Part shown: one piece after another, positions 11,400 through 24,473 of the stretch
How positions within the stretch are numbered: the stretch's first letter is position 1
Layout: each line of letters opens with the position of its first letter
Source: Squalus acanthias
Taxonomy: Eukaryota
Direction of reading: 5' to 3'
Assembly (NCBI GenBank): GCA_030390025.1
Contig: CM059426.1
Span: forward strand, 184,016,001-184,080,000
Length of the DNA stretch: 64,000 nt
Notes under the pieces: model-generated
Database searches by the model: none
Told to the model about the DNA's origin: nothing
Seen by the model: only the letters and a program-made list of their open reading frames with translations
Made by a program: the position numbers and the translations under genes

Positions 11400-13309
11400 G
11401 TAAGTAATCACCATATCTATTTCACCCTAGGTTTTATTGTGCTTTCCATTTAATCTTTTCATTTTGCAATTGTAATATTATTTTCCTGGTGTCGTTCAAT
11501 GGTAATTTAATATAATGAAGAGTTCTGTGTTGAATTCAACTTTCTGATGAGATTTGGTTTGTAAACTATGTCGGCTGTTCCTTGAGATATTTTTGAACAG
11601 TAGAGATATGAAAAGCAGAGTGATGTGTTTTTTTTAAGTATGGATGAGGAGTATTAGTACTAATTGACAATTGTCAGGCTGGCTGAGTAAGCAGTTATGC
11701 GTGTCAGATATCAATTCAACAGTGCAAACATTTGTAAAAGCTACATGTAAATTGAATACAATCTGTGCACACGAAGAAAGTCCCCAAGGTGTGGTATAAA
11801 CAGCTTTAAAATTTAATTAGGTGATAAGTGTGCTGACAGAGGAGCTGCAAAATAAATATGTGTAATAAATACTCGAGATGGTTCTGGCACATAGTTGTAT
11901 AAAACCAAGAATCTATACATCAAAATACAAGCACGATGACATGCTCCTTCTAAAGGTCCTGAGGCAGCTTCGTGATTAATTATGCATCAAAGTTTTACCT
12001 TTTCATGTTGTAGTTTAATCATTTTCATCATTAGTAGAATCTGTATTTGGTGTCTTTATTCTGCTAGCCCAAGGTATGAAGGTATGCTTCTGGTAAATAT
12101 ACTCAGTGAAATGGAATCTTTCTAGAAGGGTTGGCAGTAGGTAGTAATGACACTCTAAGATGTGCATTTTGTGCCTATACTTGTAATAGTGAAATATAAT
12201 ACAGGTTTTTATTTTTTTTCAATCATTAAAAGTACAGTTGCTGGGGATAATAAGCAATTAGTTGCAGACTGTCCTTTAAAAGGTGTTTGCCATGTGCAGT
12301 GGTTTTTGCGTGATTTGTGCTTTCTTGATACTTACATTGAAAATAAATGTTGTCATAGTGCCTGTATTGGAAACCACTCTAAATTATGTGCTGTTGCCAT
12401 CACTTTCAGTTGCCTTTTTAACCCTTGAGATGATGCATGATTTCAACTGTGCTTACTTTTCAACCAAAATAATCTTGTTAATGTACCTAGCAAAACTATT
12501 CTTTTAAACAAATGATCTAATATAACTAAAAGTAATACAGCCATTTAAAAAAGAATGTGTTATCAAATGGTTCCTCACTTGACGTTTGTGTAGAGGCTAA
12601 ATCATTGTATAGACAGTGAGCTGCAACACTGCTTGCCTGCCTGTTATGTTGGTTTTAATAAAGTTTTCTGCAATGAAAACACTGTTTTCTTCTGGTCATT
12701 GGCACTGTCTTTTGGAAGTTGGAACAGGGGATCCCTGACAGTGTGGAAATACGGTTGAACTCCCCTTGGGACCGGCAGAAAAGATCATTATCGTAGAGTT
12801 TGGCGATTTGCTGCATCAGAAAAATGAAGATAGGACCAATTTGAATTGAAAATCATTTTATTCTGTTTAAAAAAAAACTATACAGTGTAGATTGCTTCAT
12901 ATTTGTTGTGGTTTTCTCAATGCACGTTGTTTCTAATTTGTTAACCAGTCCAAAAAGATCCTCAGTTCCAGGTAACGAGTGGCAAATTTTTCGGCCCTTG
13001 CGTGGGACACAACACCCGACAGTGGAATATTACTCTCATTGGCTGTCGCAAATCAGCAATAGACTGCTTCATCAAGATCTTCATGTGGCGCAGTACAAGT
13101 TTGTTTTCTCTGGTTCTGCGTTTTGTTTTCAGAGACAACTATGATCTCTTGCTTGCCATCGTCATGCATGTTGCCTGGCTGCAGTTGCCATGTGCCAGGT
13201 TCCACTACTATAGGTTATCTTTCAATTATCCACGGCTTGGATTCCATTGTTGTATCCGGGTGTTTATTGTAGTAGGGCTGATTTCCATTGAATAAAATGG
13301 GATCTTGAC

Positions 13310-13371
13310 GTTGGGATCATTGAAACCGGGGGTTCGTTATAAGCAGGGTTCATTATAGTGAGGCTATACTG
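13310..13371 (-). mobile_element. Possible Tigger/pogo-like DNA transposon end
   Basis: Reverse strand CAGTATAGCCTCACTATAATGAACCC with repeated GGTTCGTTATA/GGTTCATTATA subterminal motifs. Partner end and TA TSD not found. Confidence 0.35.
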
Positions 13372-13574
13372 TGTTTGTTGGAGGTCCCTGACAATGTGCC
13401 AATATTTGCCGGTGGTCATCAGAATGTGCTAGTATTTGCAAATGTTCCCCCACGCAGAAAAGTTTGAAAACCAATGCTGCATCACGACACTACGTTGATA
13501 ATTTTGTAGTTTAGTTGTCTGCTTGAACCTGCCATCTCCCATCCAACCAACAGGGATGACAATTACTTTCGTGG

Positions 13575-14292
13575 AATCATAGAATCTTATAGTACAGTAG
13601 GAGGCCATTCGGCCCATCGTTCCTATGTCAGCTCGTTGAAAAAGCTATCCAATTATTCCCAATCCACTGCTCTTTCCCCATAGCCCTGCAATTTTTTTAT
13701 TTTCAAGTATATATCCAATTCCCTTTTGAAAGTTACTATCGAATGTGCTTCCACCACCCTTTCAGGTAGTGCCTTTGAGATCATAACTACTCACTGCATA
13801 AAATAATTCTCCTCATCCCCCCTATGGTTATTCTGCCAAGTATCTTAAATCTGTGTCCTCTGGTTACCGACACACCCACCAGTGGTAGCACTTTCTCCTT
13901 TTTTTAAATATTCATTCACGGGACGTGGGCGTCGCTGGCAAGGCCAGCATTTATTGCCCATCCCTAATTGCCTTGAGAAGGTGGTGGTGAGCCGCATTTT
14001 TGATCCGCTGTAGTCTGTGTGGTGAAGGTACTCCCACAATGCTGTTAGCTGGGAAGTTCCAAGACTTTGACCCAATGACGATGAAGGAACAGCGATATAT
14101 TTCCAAGTCAGGATGGTGTGTGACTTGAAGGGGAATACTCTGTCAAAACCTCTCATAATTTTGAACACCTCTATTAAATTTCCCCTTACCCTTCTATGCT
14201 CCAAGGAGAACAATCCCAGCTTCTCTAGTCTCTCCACATAACTGACGTCCCTCATCCCTGGTACCATTCTAGTAAACCTCCTCTGACCCTCG
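13575..14292 (-). mobile_element. CR1 3' fragment, interrupted by a 3' fragment (~13900-14135) of the 57534-60670 LINE family
   Basis: GAATCATAGAATC tail and RRFTRMVPG...LEKLGLFSLE peptide. The insert matches 60430-60660. Confidence 0.85.
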
Positions 14293-15124
14293 GGAGTGCA
14301 GTGACCATGTTTACAGTTGTGGACTCTCATGACAAATGGCAGCGTAAAAGGGACAAGTGGATTGCAGGTTGGGTTGATTGCATTGTTTTAATCCTGGAAT
14401 CGGAGCTGGTAGCAGTTTAAATGAGACCTATATAAACTGAGCACCTTATCAAACCTTTTTACAATCTACTGATTCCAAAAATGATGGTGGACTTCATTTC
14501 ATGCCATTGAACCAGCCCAGCACATTTTTTTACTTGCCAGATATTTTCAAATGAACAAAAAATAAATGTTGTACTTCACAAATTTCACTCTGTCCTGACC
14601 AGACAAGCACTCTGCTGCAAACGATCTGGTCATGTCCCTGGTCCAAGCATTCTGAAAGGAACTCCTAAATCCTTTCCCAAGACCCAACCTCATGACTTTG
14701 GCCTGCTGCAAAAAGAGCAAAGGTAATTCATAGTCTCATGCAGTTCTCACTTCCAGCAGCATGAAGCTGAATTTCTCAAATGCTACTGCCCGTAATGAAT
14801 ATGCAGATTAAACACTTGTGGGACATTTATTAACTTGAGAGAATGATGTATGGAACAGCACCCTCTTTGTGCCTTCTTTATGCAGTGCAACGCACTCCTC
14901 TTATCCCCCACAGTTTCATGATCCTCCCAGCTGAAAAGATCCAGAGATCATCAGATTACTTGGAAGATTCAAGTTTCCTACCACCCAGACCAGCACACCC
15001 AGGAATTGCTCATGGCCCATATCTCACCTATACTCAGTGCCCAGTGATATCGCTGACCCACCCTTCTTTCTGGTCCTAAGTCCTCCTTCTGCCAAGGGCA
15101 GATGCTGGCCCTGTCAAATATGTA

Positions 15125-17580
15125 GAATCATAGAAACATAGAATGGTTACAGCACAGAAGGAGGCCATTTGGCCCGTCGAGCCCGTGCCGGCTCTCTGCA
15201 AGAGCACCTCAGCTAGTCCCACTGCCCCGCTCTTTCCCCGTAGCCCTGCAAATTTTTTTCCTTCAGGTACTTATCCAATTCCCTTTTGAAAGCCATGATT
15301 GAATCTGCCTCCACCACCCTTTCAGGCAGTGCATTCCAGATCCTAACCACTCACTGCATAAAAATGATTTTCCTCATGTCGGCTTTGGTTCTTCTGCTAA
15401 TCACCTTAAATCTGTGTCCTCTGGTTCTTGACCCTTCCGCCAATGGGAACAGTTTCTCTCTATCTACTCTGTCTAGGCCCCTCATGATTTTCAACACCTC
15501 GATCAAATCTCCTCTCAACCTTCTCTGCTCTAAGGAGAACAACCCCAGTTTCTCCAGTCTATCCATGTAACTGAAGTCCCTCATCCCTGGAACCATTCTT
15601 GTAAATCTTTTCTGCACCCTCTCTAAGACCTTCACATCCTTCCTAAAGTGCGGTGCCCAGAATGGGACACAATATTCCAATTGAGGCCGAACCAGTGTTT
15701 TATAAAGGTTCATCATAACTTCCTTGCTTTTGTACTCTATGCCTCTATTTATGAAGCCCAGGATCCTGTATGCTTTTTTAACCGCTTTCTCAACCTGCTC
15801 TGCCACCTACAACGATTTGTGCACATATACCCCCAGGTCTCTCTGTTCATGCACCCCCTTTAGGATTGTACCCTTTAGTTTATATTGCCTCTCCTCGTTC
15901 TTCCTACCAAAATGTATCACTTTGCACTTGTCTGCGTTAAATTTCATCTGCCACGTGTCCGCCCATTCCACCAACATGTCTATGTCCTCTTGAAGTCTAT
16001 CACTAATCCTCCTCACTGTTCACTATACTTCCAAGTTTTGTGTCCTCTGCAAATTTTGAAATTGTGCCCTGTACACCCAAGTCCAAGTCATTAATATATA
16101 TCAAGAAAAGCAGTGGTCCTAGTACCAATCCCTGGGGAACACCACTGTGTACCTTCCTCCAGTCTGAAAAACAACTGTTCACCAGTACTCTCTGTTTCCT
16201 GTCACTTTGCTAATTTCGTATTCATGCTGCCACTGTCCCTTTTATTCCATGGGCTTCAACTTTGCTGGCAAGCCTATTATGTGGCACGTTATCAAATGCC
16301 TTTTGGAAGTCCATGTACACCACATCAACTGCATTGCCCTCATCAAGCCTCTTTGTTACCTCATCAAAAAACTCAATCAAGTTAGCTAAACATGATTTAC
16401 TTTTAACAAATATGTGCTGGCTTTCCTTAATTAATCCATACTTGTCCAAGTAACTGTTAATTTTGTCCCAGATTATCATTTCTAAAAGCTTCCCCACTAC
16501 CGAGGTTAAACTGACTGGCCTGTAGTTGCTGGGTTTATCCTTACACCCTTTTTTGAACAAGGGTGTGTAACATTTGTAATGCTCCAGTCTTCTGGCACCA
16601 CCACCATATCTAAGGAGGATTGGAAGATTATAACCAGTACCTCCGCAATTTCAATTTTTACTTCCCTCAGCATCCTAGGATGCATCCCATCCGGTCCTGG
16701 TGACTTATCTACTTTAAGTACAGCCAGCCTTTCTAGTACCTCCTCTTTATCAATTTTTATCCCATCCAGTATCTGAACTACCTCCTCTTTCACTATGACT
16801 TTGGCAGCATCTTCTTCCTTGGTAAAGACAGATGCAAAGGATAGAAAGGACCTATTTCCCTTAGCAGAGGGGTCAAAAACCAGGGGACACAGATTTAAAG
16901 TAATTGATGGAAGGTTTAGAGGGAATTTAAGGGGAAATTTCTTCACCCAGAGGGTTGTGGGGGTCTGGAGCTCACTGCTTGAAAGGGTGGTAGAGGCAGA
17001 AACCCTAACCACATTAAAAAGTACTTGGATGTGCACTTGGGATGCTGTAACCTATAGGGCTACGGACCAAGAGCTGGGAAGTGGGATTAGGCTGGATAGC
17101 ACTTTGTTGGCCGGCGCGGACACGATGGGCCGAAATGGCCTCCTTCCATCCTGTAACTTTCTATGATTCTGAGTACTCATTTAGTACCTCAGCCATGCCC
17201 TCTGCCTCCATGTGTTGGTCTCCATTTTGGTCCCTAATCGGCCCCACCCCTCCTCTTACTACCCATTTATTATTTATATGCCTATAGAAGACTTTTGGAT
17301 TCCCTTTTATATTAGCTGCTACTCTATTCTCATACTCACTCTTTGCCCCTCTTATTTTGTTTTTCACTTCCCCACTGAACTTTCTATATTCAGCCTGGTT
17401 CTCATTTGTATTCTCAACCTGACATCTGCCATACACCCCCTTTTTCTGCTTCATCTTATTCTCTATCTCTTTCATCATCCAAGGAGCTCTGACTTTGGTT
17501 GCCCTACCTTTCCCCCTTGTGGGAATGTACCTCGACTGTACCCGAACCATCTCCTCTTTTTAAGGCAGCCCATTGTTCAT
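15125..17580 (-). mobile_element. 5'-truncated CR1 (same family as 24518-28365) with frameshifts
   Basis: RT peptide fragments in ORFs 16222-16560, 15351-15806 and 17161-17550; ATTCTATG-type tail. Confidence 0.9.
16840..17171 (+). mobile_element. Short CR1 3' end inserted antisense inside the CR1 above
   Basis: Host sequence GATGCAAAG|TACTCATTTAG is split. Insert encodes DRKDLFPLAEGSKTRGH..FFTQRVV and ends TTCTATGATTCT; related to 33565-34495. Confidence 0.85.
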
Positions 17581-18907
17581 ACTAAAATGTACAGAACTAT
17601 GTGAGATCGACTCTATATGCAGCTGTAAGTTAACCTGTAATGTTTCATAACCAATGAAACAAGTAAACACTGGAAAATGCAATAAATATCTAAAAAAAAA
17701 GATTTTGGAAGGGAATTAGAGCCCTTTAAATACAGTGCTGCAGTATTAAGAGCCATTAACACACGTGATGTGATGACTGCAGCAGCATTTCAACAGTCGG
17801 GTCATAAATTAGATTACAATTTTTTTAAATTTAGACCAAGAATACTGTGAATTACAAAATGCTCTGTTCTGCATTAGGAATGAGAAATCATCTTTGTGAA
17901 ATAGTATGGTAGAAAGAAATATATTATATGGGGCAAAGGCTTTCCAGGCACTCATAGAACTACCTGTACTAACAGGACTGTAAATAGTATGCTAAGAAAG
18001 CTGGCAATAACAGAAAACCTGTTCCCCTTTCTCCTGTTTGCCAGACTTGAATTCAATGGAAAATGACTTTTAGTTGCTAACACTAAATAACTATCATAAT
18101 AAAATTAGCATTGATCCAGTTTCACATTGTTGTGGTTGTAGGTCGTACTTGGAGTCCCAGCAGCAGCTGTCACTCTACCAGCTGCTTACGTAATGAGAAC
18201 CGGTGATGCTCATTCACACTGTGAGGAAGCAAACCATGTGGAAGTAAAGTGTGTATGTGTATGTTTTCTTTTCCCGTGCTGTCTTTTCATTTTTGTTTAT
18301 GTAGCAATTAAAGTCAATGTAAAAAAAAAAATCAATTTTCCATTTCCAATTTGACTTTAACTACTGCGCACATAAAATCTAAATTGCAGGATCAGAACAC
18401 AGTAACTGTGAAATTACAATTGGAATCTACATTGTTTCCTCATTATTCATTTGACCAAACAACCTTTACTCATAAAGGAGAACCTCACTGGTCAAAAATC
18501 ACATTTGTAAATAGGAATCCTGCTTCATTATGCTTTGACAAGCTTTGCAGCCAAATAGTACAGTAAGTGAGAAAAGATAGATCACTCCCTTGTGTAAGCA
18601 AGTAATGCTGATGTATTTTCCACTGTTAAAATAAGACAAAAAAAGAAGAAAAATAAGCCTAGAAATTCCTGCTGCGAAGAATACTTTTGCCGACAGGAAC
18701 TGAGTGAGCTATGCCAGGAACATGCCAGCTTCCCACCCACTTTGTGCATCGCTATGTCTCAGAAGGTTGTGGATTCAAGTGCCACTCCAGAGATACAAAA
18801 TCTAGGCTGACTCTCCAGTGTATTACTGAAGGAGCACTGCGTTGTCAGAGGTGCCGTCTTTCGGATGAGATGTTAAACCGAGGCCCCATCTGCCTTCCCA
18901 GGTGGAC

Positions 18908-20388
18908 CCTGGTTTTGACCGTCCAGAATTCCCTAGATTCTAGAATGGTCCCTGTGGATTGAAAGGTAGCAAATGTAACCCCGCTTTCAAGAAAGAAAGG
19001 AGGGAGAGAGAAAACAGGGAACTATAGATCAATTAGCCTGACATCAGTAGCCGGAAAAATGCGAGAATCTATTATTAAGTATGTGGTAACAGGGCACTTG
19101 GAAAATCACAATATGATTAGGCAGAGTCAACATGGTTTTATGAAAGGGAAATTCTGTTTGACAAATCTATTCGAGTTTTTTGAGGTTGTAACTAGCAGGG
19201 TAGATAAGGGGGAACCAGTGGATGTAGTGTATTTGGATTTTCAGAAGGCATTCAATAAGGTACCACACAATAGGTTGTTACATAAGATTCAGGCTCATGG
19301 ACTTGGGGGTAATATATTAACATGGATTGAGGACTGGTTAACGGACAGAAAACAGTGTTGGAATAAACGGATCATTTTCAGGATGGCGGGGTGTAACTAG
19401 TAGAGTGCCGCAAGGATAAGTGCTTGCACCTCAGCTATTTACAATCTATATCAATGACTTAGATGAGGGGACCGAGTGTAATATATCCAAGTTTGCTGAT
19501 GATACAAAGCTAGGTGGGAAAGTAAGCTGTGAGGAGAATGTAAAGAGACTGCAAAGGGATATAGACTGGTTAAGTGATTGGGCAAGAAGGCGGCAGATGG
19601 CGTATAATGTGGGGAAATGTGAAATTATCCACTTTGGTAGGAAGAATGGAAAAGTAGAATATTTTTAAAAAAGTGAGAGACGAGTAAATGTTGGGATTCA
19701 GAGGGATTTGGGTGTCCTTGGACATGAATCACGGTAAGTTAACAGCAGGTACAGCAAGCAATTAGGAAAGCAAATGGTATGTTGGCCTTTATTGCAAGAG
19801 GCTGGAGTATATGAGTAAGGAAGTCCTGCTGCAATTATATAGGGCTTTGGTGAGACCACACCTGGAGTACTGTGTATAGTTTTGGTCTCCTTACCTAAGG
19901 AGGGATATACTTGCCTTGGAGGCGGTGCAACAAAGACTCACTAGATTGATCCCTGGGGTGAGAGGGCTGTCCTATGAGGAGAGATTGAGTAGAATGGGCC
20001 TATACTCTCTGGAGTTTAGAAGAATGAGAGGTGATCTCATTGAAACGTATAAAATTCTTAGAGGACTTGACAGGGTAGATGCTGAGAGGCTGTTTCCCTT
20101 AGCTAGAGAATCTAGAACTAGGGGACATAGTCTCAGGATAAGGGGGCGGCCATTTTGTGATTGTGAATCTTTGAAATTCTCCACCCCAGAGGGCTGTGGA
20201 TGTTCAGGCGTTGAGTATATTCAAGACTGAGATCGATAGTTTTTTAGGCACTAAGGGAATCATGGGATATGGGGATAGGGTGGGAAAATGGAGTTGATGT
20301 AAAAGTTCAGCCATGATCTTATTGAATGGCGGAGCAGGCTCGAGGGGCCGTATGGCCTATTCCTGCTCCTATTCCTTATGTTCTTATG
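18908..20388 (+). mobile_element. 5'-truncated CR1 (RT to 3' tail)
   Basis: YLDFQKAF and KFADDTK motifs; tail TTCCTTATGTTCTTATG. Confidence 0.9.
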
Positions 20389-20470
20389 ACACAAAATATC
20401 CCATGGCACCATTTCAAAAAAGAGCAGGGGACCTCTCCCCAGTGCCATGGGCAATATTTATCCCTCAATC

Positions 20471-21195
20471 AACAACAACAACAACTTGTCTTTATATAGC
20501 GCCTTTAACACAGTAAAACGTCCCAAGGCACTTCACAGGAGTATTGTAAGACAAAATTTGATATCAAGCCACATAAGGAGAAATTAGGGAAGATTGGTCA
20601 AAGAGGTAGGTTTTAAGGAGCATCTTAAAGGAGGAAAGAGAGGCAGAGAGGTTTAGGCAGAGAATTCCAGAGCTTAGGGCCTGGGCAGCTGAAGGCACGG
20701 CTGCCAATGGTGGAGCAATTAAAATCAAGGACGCTCAGGAGGGCAGAATTAGAGGAGCGCAGATATCTCGGGGGCAGGGGGGGTGGGGGCGAGGTTTGTG
20801 GAGCTGGAGGAGATTACAGAGATAGGGAGGGGCGAGGCCATGGAGGGATTTGAAAACAAGGATGAGAATTTTAAAACCGAGGCTTAACTGGGAGCCAGTG
20901 TAGGTCAGCGAGCAGAGATGTGATGGGTGAACGGGACTTTGAGCAAGTTAGGACTCGGGCATCTGAGTTTTGGTTGACCTCAAGTTTACGTAGGGTAGAA
21001 CGTGGGAGGCCAGCTAGGAGTGCATTGGAATAGTCAAGTCTAGAGGTAACAAAGGCATGGATGAGGGTTTCAGCAGCAGATGAGCGGAGGTGAGGCGGAG
21101 ACGGGCGATGTTACAGAGGTGGAAATAGACGGTCTTAGTTATGGCGCAGATATGTGGTTGGAAGCTCATTTCAGGGTCAAATTTGACACCAACTT
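20471..21195 (-). mobile_element. L2 LINE 3' fragment
   Basis: Reverse strand ends GGCGCTATATAAAGACAAGTTGTTGTTGTT; homologous to 43507-43910. Confidence 0.8.
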
Positions 21196-21365
21196 GATGA
21201 TGCGAACATCATTAAAATACATTATCTTGTCATTATCACATTGCTGTTTGTGGGACCTTGCTGCGTGCGAATTGGTTGCCGCGTTTCCTACATTACAATA
21301 GTGACTACACTTCAAAAATACTTAATTGGCTGTAAAGCACCTTGGGTCGTCTCATGAAAGGCGCT

Positions 21366-21519
21366 NNNNNNNNNNNNNNNNNNNNNNNNNNNNNNNNNNN
21401 NNNNNNNNNNNNNNNNNNNNNNNNNNNNNNNNNNNNNNNNNNNNNNNNNNNNNNNNNNNNNNNNNNNNNNNNNNNNNNNNNNNNNNNNNNNNNNNNNNNN
21501 NNNNNNNNNNNNNNNNNNN
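21366..21519. other. Assembly gap (154 N)
   Basis: Run of N. Confidence 1.
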
Positions 21520-21544
21520 GCAGTTGCTGAAATTTCGGTGCTCT

Positions 21545-22448
21545 TGCCTCTTTTCCGCAGCGTGCTAAACTCCGCCACTTAAAATTGATGTTAAAGATTA
21601 ACAAGTTCTTCCCTGTCTGGAAGGAATCCCTTAAGGCTGCACAGTTCATTTTTTTTTGCTGCAATTCAGTTGCAAGCTACACCGATTGTTTTCAGTGCTC
21701 CCTCTAACTGGGGGATGAACAAGAACAAAGAAAAGATACCAGCGAGATCAGATAGCACCAGATAAGGGCTAGTTTCATCTGGCATTATGCTACCAACAGT
21801 ATCTACAGGCTCTCAGAGCAGTGATGTCGGAGAACTGCCTCCAAAGGCTGAGATTTAGGAGGTTAGCGGTTACAGAGCTGTGACATCTCCTTCAAGGAGA
21901 CCTGTAGCCAATCTCCAGCAACTGGCTGGCACTGCCAGTTGGTGATGAATGCCATCCTCTTTTATCCCTCCAGCTCCTTCCAGGTTAGCTCAGGAAAGAT
22001 CTGAAATATATCAGCCAATTTACCGTTCTGAGATGTATCAAAAGGTGACAAATGCATTGTTCAGCTTCACCAACACGTTCCCACTGAATACAGCAGTACC
22101 ATGAGGGTGCTGTCCAATTTTATCACATGTAGGATATCCCAAAGTAAAGGGGTCACTGGATGGCACATGAGGCCACCTGGGCTTTTAGGCACAATGAAGA
22201 GAAAGGGGCATCTTGGAGATCACGACCTTATCTGGTGCTATCTGATCTCGCTGGCATCTTTTCTTTGTTCTTGTTCATCCCCCAGTTAGAGGGAGCACTG
22301 AAAACAGTCGGCATAGCTTGCAATTGAATTGCAGCAAAAATAAATGAACTGTGCAGCCTTAAGGGATCCCTTCCAGACATGGAAGAACTTGTTAACCTTT
22401 AACATCAATTTTAAGTGGTGGAGTTTAGCACGCTGCGGAAAAGAGGCA
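21545..22448. repeat. ~223-bp inverted repeat (21545-21767 / 22226-22448) around a 458-bp spacer
   Basis: The arms are reverse complements with scattered mismatches. Confidence 0.9.
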
Positions 22449-22700
22449 GAAAAAGCACAAACACAAGGAGCCTTATGCAGCTATCAGGATCATTATAGAG
22501 CTACTATAAGCATCATGACATCGCTATACAGATCAGGGGGTGTTTTATAGTACAGGATGCCCAAAATCATAATTGCTGCATGATGCACAACTTTGCAACA
22601 CAAACAGGGCTAACTGAGGGAGAGGAAGCCAACTGCAATCAAGGACAGAGGAAGAAACAGTACCGAGTGAGGATGATGCTGCAGAAACACCAGTGCAGCC
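21770..22700 (+). pseudogene. Decayed Harbinger transposase fragments
   Basis: Reads ..CLQRLRFRRLAVTEL*HLLQGDL*P.., ..FYPSSSFQ.., ..ISQFTVLRCIK.., ..GYPKVKGSLDGT.., ..CCMMHNFA..; collinear with the intact transposase at 50369. Confidence 0.7.
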
Positions 22701-23111
22701 ATAAAGCCTGGTGATTAAGGTGCTCCTCCAAAAGACATTGTCCTAGAAATTGGAGATCGCTAAAAACCTGCCGATATCACCGCGGGCCGGAGTTAGCGGC
22801 CGCGAAAATGATGGCACTGGCAGGACCTGGGTATTGGCACTGGTGGCTAAGTAACATTAGCCCAGCACTAAACTCACTGTGCAAGGCCGTTTTCGTGGCG
22901 TTAGTCCCGGCGGGGGCCCAATGTCGCGTGGCCGTAGCGTAATTGCAGCAAGAACAGCCTGCTCTTAAAGCAAGGCTGTCATTTCAGAAAGCAGTGTGGT
23001 CCCTTAAAAGGGGAACTGCCTTCTAACATGAAAAAAATAAAAATCATTTAAAAATAGGCAGTTTTTAGCCTTTCCAGCTCAACTGCCTTCTGAAAAAATA
23101 TTTAGTATGCT

Positions 23112-23148
23112 TCACCTGACGAAGGAGCAGCGCTCCGAAAGCTTGTGA
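23112..23148 (+). ncRNA. Minimal type I hammerhead ribozyme (Penelope pLTR fragment ~23099-23200)
   Basis: TCAC-CTGACGA-A-GGAGC-AGC-GCTCC-GAAAGCTT-GTGA: stem I, CUGANGA core, 5-bp stem II, GAAA, palindromic AGCT stem III. Candidate TSD TGAAAAAA (23091-23098 / 23201-23208). Confidence 0.8.
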
Positions 23149-24473
23149 TTTCAAATAAAGCTGTTGGACTATAACCTGGTGTTGTGCGACTTCTCACATT
23201 TGAAAAAAAATTAACCTTAAAAAGAAGTCCCAAGTGGGAGTCTTCAGCTCTTAAAGCTGAATTGCCTTCCACACCCAGAAAAATGGGAAAAGTGCTTCAG
23301 CACTAACACAAATGGCTCAGCAACCCAGGGAAGGGACACCCAGGATCTCACACACAGCACTCCAGCTTTGTGTAGGGGGTCAACACTGCAAGAGAAGTCC
23401 TTTACTCACAGGAGGCCCTCCAGAAAGATCGATGTGGGACCACATCACTGAGGCCGTCACTGCCAGCAGTGTCGCCCACACGACCTGGCTTCAGTGCCCA
23501 AAGAAGCTTCATGTCCTCTGACCAGTGGTCAAGGTCAGTGAATGTATCTTCAAAAGCTGCCTCCTACCAACTGCACCACTAGCCTCACACACTGCTCAAT
23601 GCACAACACCCCCCCATGCCCAACATCCCCCCCACGCCCCCCACCCCCGGCCAATCACTCACCTACCAACAATCTGTACCTAACACGAGGTACACCTCCC
23701 ATTCCTAGCTTCACCTCACCCCCTTGGAGGGGAAGGTGCTGGCCATTCTTGACAGGGGCATGCCCAAGCCCTTGGCCAGCGGCAGGGCTGAAAAGATACA
23801 AGATGCTGGTATCCTCATACGTTATCCTCCTTCTCGCATGCACCACTTGCTTTCCCGCCCTCCCATCACCACAACTCCACCCTTATACCTTGCTCATTTC
23901 ACACACCCAAGAAAAACAACCTTCCCAGCCAGTGGTTGACCAAGAAGAGGGAGAGGAGATCGAAGAAGAAGAAACGCCGTCACTCAATCTCACACTCCCA
24001 GCCACCAGCTCCTTAAGGTCGACCAGCAAGGCCATTTGCAGTGCACTGAAAGTCAGCAGCCTTCCACCAGCCATGCTGCAGCCACTGGGGTAGCACTGCG
24101 TGACATCAGTAAGATAGGGAAAGGCACACTCAAGGCAGTCACTAAGGGAATGCATAAGGGTGATTAGTTGATTTCTTGATGCCATATTGGATGGATAGAT
24201 GTATAAAGTTGGATTGGAAAGTTTGCTTTGTGGTGGCTTTTATTTCAGCATTGTGGCCAAGAGGACGCTGTAAGAGAGGGAAGGGAAGGTGTGGGACAAA
24301 TGTTGAAAGGGGAATTGGGGTTGTGGTCACTGGTACCACAGCTGGATGATTCCATCCTGGATGTCCCAGCCAGAAAGGGGCTGTCTGGGTTGCATCCTTC
24401 CTTCTGTTTCTTTCTGTTCTGCTTCCTCCTCTTCTGTGACTTCCTCTTCTGCGTATTCCTCTTCCCTCTGCTC

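Larger units (their letters stand above)
18757..21365 (+). mobile_element. DeuSINE-like SINE split into three pieces (18757-18907, ~20390-20470, ~21215-21365) by a CR1 and an L2 insertion
   Basis: The pieces are collinear with the uninterrupted copy at 37310-37755. Confidence 0.75.

Noticed and set aside
16506-17166. Chimeric ORFs suggesting a novel fusion protein
   Set aside because: They are read-through across an antisense CR1-in-CR1 insertion junction.
21305-21664. ORFs containing X runs
   Set aside because: Artefacts of the N gap.
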